From Candidatus Geocrenenecus huangii (GTDB taxonomy: Archaea > Thermoproteota > Nitrososphaeria_A > Caldarchaeales > Wolframiiraptoraceae), in the NCBI GenBank assembly GCA_023254095.1, contig JALNLM010000004.1, positions 53,642-117,641 of the forward strand: DNA of 64,000 bases, given 5' to 3'. Position numbers and translations under genes: made by a program. This document shows positions 59,247 through 64,000 of this stretch, in pieces. Numbering within the stretch: position 1 is the first letter of the stretch; each line of letters begins with the position of its first letter. The notes below the pieces were generated by a model that was not told where the DNA came from, did no database searches, and saw only the letters and a list, made by a program, of their open reading frames with translations.

Positions 59247-60482
59247 CTCTCAAGAAAAATAGGTCTGAAATGTAGAGATTGCAGTAAAGAATATCCTCCT
59301 ATAATTCAATACATTTGCCCAAATTGTTTTGGTGCGTTAGATGTAATTTATAAAGATCTAGATAAGATAGATTTCAATCCCGAAAAGATCTCTAGAAGAG
59401 GGAAAGATCTTTGGAGGTACATAGAACTATTACCTATAGAGGATCTCGCGAATATAATATCGCTTGGTGCTGGATTTACATCATTACTTAAATCGAGCAA
59501 GCTTTCCAACTCTTTAAACTTAAAAAAATTATATTTGAAGGAAGACATCACGAATCCAACTCACTCTTTCAAGGATAGGGCGGCAAGCGTCGCTATCTCA
59601 AAGGCATTAGAGTTTAAGCTAAATGCGGTGGGGTGCGCGTCTACTGGAAATTTAGCAGCTGCTACCGCTGCACATGCTTCTAGAGCTGGTCTGCCATGTT
59701 ATATCTTTGCTCCAGTGGGAGTTGAGAGGGAAAAATTATCTCATGCACTATCCTATGGGGCTAGAATAGTCTTGGTAGAGGGTACTTATGATGAAGCAAA
59801 TTGGATAGCTTCTAGGTTTGCTGAAGAACATAATGTAGGTATAGTTAACGTAAACATTAGACCATACTATGTTGAAGGATCTAAAACATTAGCATTTGAA
59901 ATATGCGAGCAGCTCGGATGGAGGTCTCCAGACCACATAATCATCCCTATGGCTAGCGGGGCTCTCTTAAATGCTATAGATAAGGGTTTGAATGAACTGA
60001 AAACTTTAGGATTAATAGATGGAGATGTTAGGATATCGGGCGTCCAACCTGAAGGCTGTTCACCTATAGTCTCAGCATATAGGGAGGGTAGAGAGTACAT
60101 CAAACCTGTACGCGATATTAACACTATTGCAGTTAGTTTAGCCATAGGTAATCCTGGAGATGGAGTATATGCATTAAGGACTATACATAGAACTAGGGGT
60201 ACAGCAGTTTCTGTTACTGACCAAGAGATACTTGGAGCAGTTAGAGACTTAGCTCGATTAGAAGGATTATTCATTGAGCCCGGTGGAGCAGTAACTATTG
60301 CAGGACTCAGGAAAATGGTAGAAGAAAGATTGATAGAGAAAGATGAAGAAATAGTTTGTTTACTTACTGGAAGTGGTTTAAAAACTCCTCACATCATACA
60401 ACATTACGTTCCTCAGCCTTTTATCATTAAGCCATCTATAGGTGAGCTTAAGAAGATGTTGGAGGTTGAGAAGCTTGCCTAA
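59247..60482 (+). CDS. Threonine-synthase-family PLP enzyme; true start unclear
   Basis: The frame is open from 59244 through LKCRDC...ICPNCFG, LWRY..LLP, NPTHSFKDR, ASTGN, EGSKT, PMASG, EPGGA and TGSGLK. There is no ATG/GTG/TTG in frame before 59535. Confidence 0.85.
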   Translation, partial: LSRKIGLKCRDCSKEYPPIIQYICPNCFGALDVIYKDLDKIDFNPEKISRRGKDLWRYIELLPIEDLANIISLGAGFTSLLKSSKLSNSLNLKKLYLKEDITNPTHSFKDRAASVAISKALEFKLNAVGCASTGNLAAATAAHASRAGLPCYIFAPVGVEREKLSHALSYGARIVLVEGTYDEANWIASRFAEEHNVGIVNVNIRPYYVEGSKTLAFEICEQLGWRSPDHIIIPMASGALLNAIDKGLNELKTLGLIDGDVRISGVQPEGCSPIVSAYREGREYIKPVRDINTIAVSLAIGNPGDGVYALRTIHRTRGTAVSVTDQEILGAVRDLARLEGLFIEPGGAVTIAGLRKMVEERLIEKDEEIVCLLTGSGLKTPHIIQHYVPQPFIIKPSIGELKKMLEVEKLA

Positions 60483-60747
60483 AGTAAAATTGGTGCTCCC
60501 ATCTATTCTTGCTTGTAGCGGGGATAAGGTTCGGGAAATAGAAGCGTCAACAATAAGAGATGTCGTTGAATATCTCTGTAGCTTGAGACCTGACATTAAG
60601 AGTAGAATAATTTCACATGATGGGGAGATTAATACGTTCCTCAATTTCTATGTAAATGGTGTTAATGCATACTTTATTAAAGGAGTGGAGACAGAACTTA
60701 AAGATGGGGATGAGGTCTCAGTGATACCTGCTCTAGGAGGGGGATAA
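60475..60747 (+). CDS. MoaD/ThiS/SAMP-type ubiquitin-like sulfur carrier
   Basis: FYVNG...LKDGDEVSVIPALGGG C-terminus. TTG start after SD GGAGGTTGA, overlapping the stop of the thrC-like gene. Confidence 0.92.
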   Translation: MPKVKLVLPSILACSGDKVREIEASTIRDVVEYLCSLRPDIKSRIISHDGEINTFLNFYVNGVNAYFIKGVETELKDGDEVSVIPALGGG

Positions 60748-60751
60748 GAGA

Positions 60752-61822
60752 GTGGTTGAAGAATTCACAGACAAGGAATTCGAGATGTATTCTAGACAGA
60801 TCGTTTTGAGCGCCATCGGGTATCAAGGTCAAGAGAAGTTAAAAAAAGGCAGAGTAGCTGTAGTTGGAGTAGGAGGTTTAGGAAGCCCGGTTGCAACGCT
60901 TCTAACAGCTATGGGCGTAGGATACATCAGGATAATAGATAGAGACATCGTTGAAGTATCAAATCTTCATAGACAGCACCTATATACGTTTAAGGATGTA
61001 GGATATCCTAAAGTTGAGGTTGCTGCAAAAAGATTAAGAGAGCTGAATCCATATATTGAGGTCGAGCCATTTCCAATATTCATAGATGATTCCACAGTAT
61101 TGGAAGCTGTTAGAGATGTAGATGTAGTAGTAGATGGGTTGGACAATTTTAAGGCTAGGAGAGCGGTTAATAAAGCCTGTTACAAACTATCAATACCCTA
61201 CATATACGCATCAGCCATAGAGACTTACGGCTCCACTACAACTATAATCCCTGGGGTGGGGCCATGCTTAGAATGTATTTTCCCAAACGTATCTGATGAA
61301 GGCCTACCTACATGCTCTACCGTAGGAGTTCATCCATCAGTACTACAGATAATCTCAGGTATAGAGGTTTACGAGGTGGTTAACATCTTGACCGGTAAGA
61401 GTCCACGTCTCCTCGGAAAGCTACTAATATATGATCTAAGAGAATTAACTTCGAGTTTAGTGGATGTAACTAAGTCGAAATACTGCTCGGTATGTGGTGG
61501 ATTAGGAGTAGAGAAAGAAGAAGTGAGGTACCCTGTAGTTGAAGAAGTATGCGCTCGAGGGGGTCTAGCGACTTTCATGGTAAATCCGGGGAGAATTATA
61601 CGGCTCAACTTAGAGGAGCTACTGAGTAGGTTGAATTCTCCAAAGTATAAATTGATTACGAGAAGCCAGCTTGGTATGACCTTACAGATCGATAGCAAAA
61701 TTAAATTCAGTCTCCTTCATTCAGGCATAGCGGTAATTGAGGGAGTAGAATCCGGCGAAGAGGCTCTCAGAATATATAGGGACATAATGGAAAACGTTAT
61801 AAAAATTGAGACCGAAATATAA
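60752..61822 (+). CDS. MoeB/ThiF E1-like adenylyltransferase
   Basis: YSRQ, GVGGLG, DRDIVEVSNLHRQ, DGLDN, CLEC, TC..VG, CSVC. No rhodanese domain. Confidence 0.93.
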   Translation: MVEEFTDKEFEMYSRQIVLSAIGYQGQEKLKKGRVAVVGVGGLGSPVATLLTAMGVGYIRIIDRDIVEVSNLHRQHLYTFKDVGYPKVEVAAKRLRELNPYIEVEPFPIFIDDSTVLEAVRDVDVVVDGLDNFKARRAVNKACYKLSIPYIYASAIETYGSTTTIIPGVGPCLECIFPNVSDEGLPTCSTVGVHPSVLQIISGIEVYEVVNILTGKSPRLLGKLLIYDLRELTSSLVDVTKSKYCSVCGGLGVEKEEVRYPVVEEVCARGGLATFMVNPGRIIRLNLEELLSRLNSPKYKLITRSQLGMTLQIDSKIKFSLLHSGIAVIEGVESGEEALRIYRDIMENVIKIETEI

Positions 61823-61912
61823 TGCAGTCGATGATGTACTCCCACATTTAATAGTCTTAGGAGCCGGACTAATCTTAGTCCTAATAATATGTGGTGTTCC
61901 AAGTTCTTGTTT

Positions 61913-62590
61913 TTAGGGTTTCAGGATTGTTCCTACTTGTTCTCCCTTAAGAGCTCTTTTAAGGTTTTCAGGCTTTCTCCCGTTTAAGTATATTGTTGGT
62001 ATGCGGCTTCTAGCAATAATCTTTAATCCTAGTAAGTCTACAAGTTTGTATTCTCCAGCTTCATGAGAGTACTCTACAATCTTCTTCGCCAAATCGTTTA
62101 CAGAGATTTCCTTCAACAGTTCTGCATCTGGGTTCTTCTTAGGGTCTTCAGCGTATATTCCATCTACATCTGTAGCTATTATTAGTTTTTCCGCATTTAT
62201 CGTTTCTGCAACTAATGCTGAAACAGCTACTGTTGATTGTCCTGGTTGAAGACCTCCCATGACAACTATCTTTCTACTCGTAGTGTATTCTCTAACCTGC
62301 TCGAGAGTTTCAGGTACGATCGGATACGCTAATTCACCGAATAAACCTATCAACAGCATAGCGTTTATCCTAGTTATCTTTATCCCAACCTCATCGCATA
62401 ATCCTTCGCTTAATCCAAGCTTACGTGCTGATTCGACATAGCTTCTAGCAGGTTTCCCTCCACCTACAACTATCACCCATCTTCCGCCATCGTATATTTC
62501 TTTAAAGATGTACAGGTATTCCTTGAGAAGGCCGATATCTAAATCATCGTCGAAGATTACGTGCCCACCTATCTTTACAACTATATTCAA
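61913..62590 (-). CDS. pyrH: Uridylate kinase
   Basis: VKIGGH, VGGGKPAR, GGLQPGQST, TDVDGIY..DPK, GTI. Confidence 0.93.
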   Translation of the reverse strand: MNIVVKIGGHVIFDDDLDIGLLKEYLYIFKEIYDGGRWVIVVGGGKPARSYVESARKLGLSEGLCDEVGIKITRINAMLLIGLFGELAYPIVPETLEQVREYTTSRKIVVMGGLQPGQSTVAVSALVAETINAEKLIIATDVDGIYAEDPKKNPDAELLKEISVNDLAKKIVEYSHEAGEYKLVDLLGLKIIARSRIPTIYLNGRKPENLKRALKGEQVGTILKP

Positions 62591-62644
62591 TTCTAACCAA
62601 TTATAGACCGGGGGTTGTTGGATTAAAGTATTGTTATGTTTATT

Positions 62645-63943
62645 TCAGGGTCCCTTCTCTGTTATCTCTCTAACTATTCCAGCAGCGATAGTCATTCCAC
62701 TATCTCTTATAGCAAACCTACCGAGTTCAGGGAAATTGGCATATGTTTCTAGGGCTATAGGTACTAGAGGTCGGAGTCTTACTCTTGCAGCATCACCTGT
62801 CTTCAAGAAGCTTGGATTCTTCTCTACTACCTGGCCAGTCCTCGGATCTATCTTCTCGATCAGTTCGACAAATTTTACCGCTGTCTGAGCAGTATGGATA
62901 TGCATTACAGGAGTATATCCAACGGCTATAGCTGTCGGATGATATATTATAATCATCTGTGCTATGAATTCTTTGGCCACCGCGCACGGGTTATCTACAT
63001 GGCTTACAACCATGCCTCTACTTATCTGAGACTTGTCTACACCTTTCAATGCGAAGCCTATATTGTCTCCAGGGATTGCTTGCTGTAGAGGTTGATGATG
63101 CATCTCTATAGACTTCACCTCTCCTTTAACACCCGCAGGCATTATTATTATCGCGTCACCTGGCTTAAGTACGCCTGTCTCTACTCTTCCAACAGGCACT
63201 GTTCCAACACCTTTAATTGAGTAAACTGCCTGGATAGGTAGACGTAATGGTTTATCAATAGGCTTCGAAGGTTCTTGGAATGAGTCTAAAGCTTCCAACA
63301 ATGTCGGTCCATCATACCACTTCATCTTATCACTTTTCTCTATTAGGTTGTCTCCAATCCATCCAGAGACGGGTATAAAGTTTATCTTCGAAACATCGAA
63401 TCCGATCCTCTTCAACAGGTCCGTGACTCCCTGCTTGACTTCGTCGTAACGCTCTTTAGCATAATTTACTGTTGAGTCATCCATCTTATTTATCAATACC
63501 GCTATCTGCTTTATCCCAAGCATGAATAGTAGGAAAGCATGCTCCCTAGTCTGGCCTCCAGGAGATATTCCTACTTCATATTCACCTTTCTTCGCTGAGA
63601 CAACTAGTATTGCGCAGTCTGCTTGGCTGGCTCCGGTGATCATGTTCTTGACGAAGTCTCTATGCCCCGGGGCATCGATCAAAGTGAAGTAGTACTTCTT
63701 TGTTTCAAAGCTTTGGAATGCAAGGTCTATTGTTAGCCCACGTTCCCTTTCTTCCTTGATCCTATCGAGGATCCATGCATACTTGAATGTTTCTTTTCCA
63801 AGTTTTCTAGCTTCTTCTTCGTATTGTTGGATTATACGCTGGTCTACTACTCCTAGCTTCGTCAAAAAGTGACCCATAGTCGTCGATTTGCCATGGTCTA
63901 CATGTCCCACCACTATTAGATTCAAGTGTGGTTTAGAAGACAT
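62645..63943 (-). CDS. tuf: Translation elongation factor EF-1alpha
   Basis: GHVDHGKST, ERERGLTI, DAPGHRDF, NKMD, GRVETG, GRFAIRD. Confidence 0.98.
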   Translation of the reverse strand: MSSKPHLNLIVVGHVDHGKSTTMGHFLTKLGVVDQRIIQQYEEEARKLGKETFKYAWILDRIKEERERGLTIDLAFQSFETKKYYFTLIDAPGHRDFVKNMITGASQADCAILVVSAKKGEYEVGISPGGQTREHAFLLFMLGIKQIAVLINKMDDSTVNYAKERYDEVKQGVTDLLKRIGFDVSKINFIPVSGWIGDNLIEKSDKMKWYDGPTLLEALDSFQEPSKPIDKPLRLPIQAVYSIKGVGTVPVGRVETGVLKPGDAIIIMPAGVKGEVKSIEMHHQPLQQAIPGDNIGFALKGVDKSQISRGMVVSHVDNPCAVAKEFIAQMIIIYHPTAIAVGYTPVMHIHTAQTAVKFVELIEKIDPRTGQVVEKNPSFLKTGDAARVRLRPLVPIALETYANFPELGRFAIRDSGMTIAAGIVREITEKGP

Positions 63944-64000
63944 TACAAAGCACCTCTTACCTTTCTTTCAAGAACACTAAGATACTTGGGATTATATAAA

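Noticed and set aside
52748-61912. Integrated mobile element next to tRNA-Leu
   Set aside because: No integrase, att duplication or transposase is visible, and the block lies on the 5' side of the tRNA.

Overview
Chromosomal window from an archaeon of the TACK group, judged from S26e, S17e, SmAP3, EF-1alpha, the tetraether synthase, intron-containing tRNAs and DUF1512-map synteny. An Aigarchaeota/Nitrososphaeria-like thermophile is plausible but is inference. Most of it is housekeeping and energy genes (map, trpS, thyX, sucCD, sdhACDB, cyoE, fixCX, hom-lysC, pyrH, EF-1alpha). Accessory blocks: (i) a type I-A CRISPR interference module (csa3-csa5-cas7-cas5-cas8a-cas3'-cas3'') with no cas6, no adaptation genes and no array in the window; (ii) a feoAB operon facing an HTH-ferritin-like fusion regulator across a palindrome; (iii) a YHS/Met-His-rich/CcdA-like metal cluster; (iv) a sulfur cluster (TusA, sulfite reductase, divergent cysteine synthase, threonine-synthase-like enzyme, ubiquitin-like sulfur carrier, E1) that looks like a protein-thiocarboxylate route to Cys/homocysteine. 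Reading outside the ORF track adds tRNA-Tyr with one intron, tRNA-Leu with two introns (one in the variable arm), a 32-aa Zn-finger microprotein behind a long inverted repeat, a second YHS protein and two decayed toxin-antitoxin-type genes. It also shows three amino-acid/sulfur genes (hom, thrC-like, sir) with Leu codons (CTG/CTC) where the start codon should be. All family assignments come from motif recognition by eye; no database search was run.
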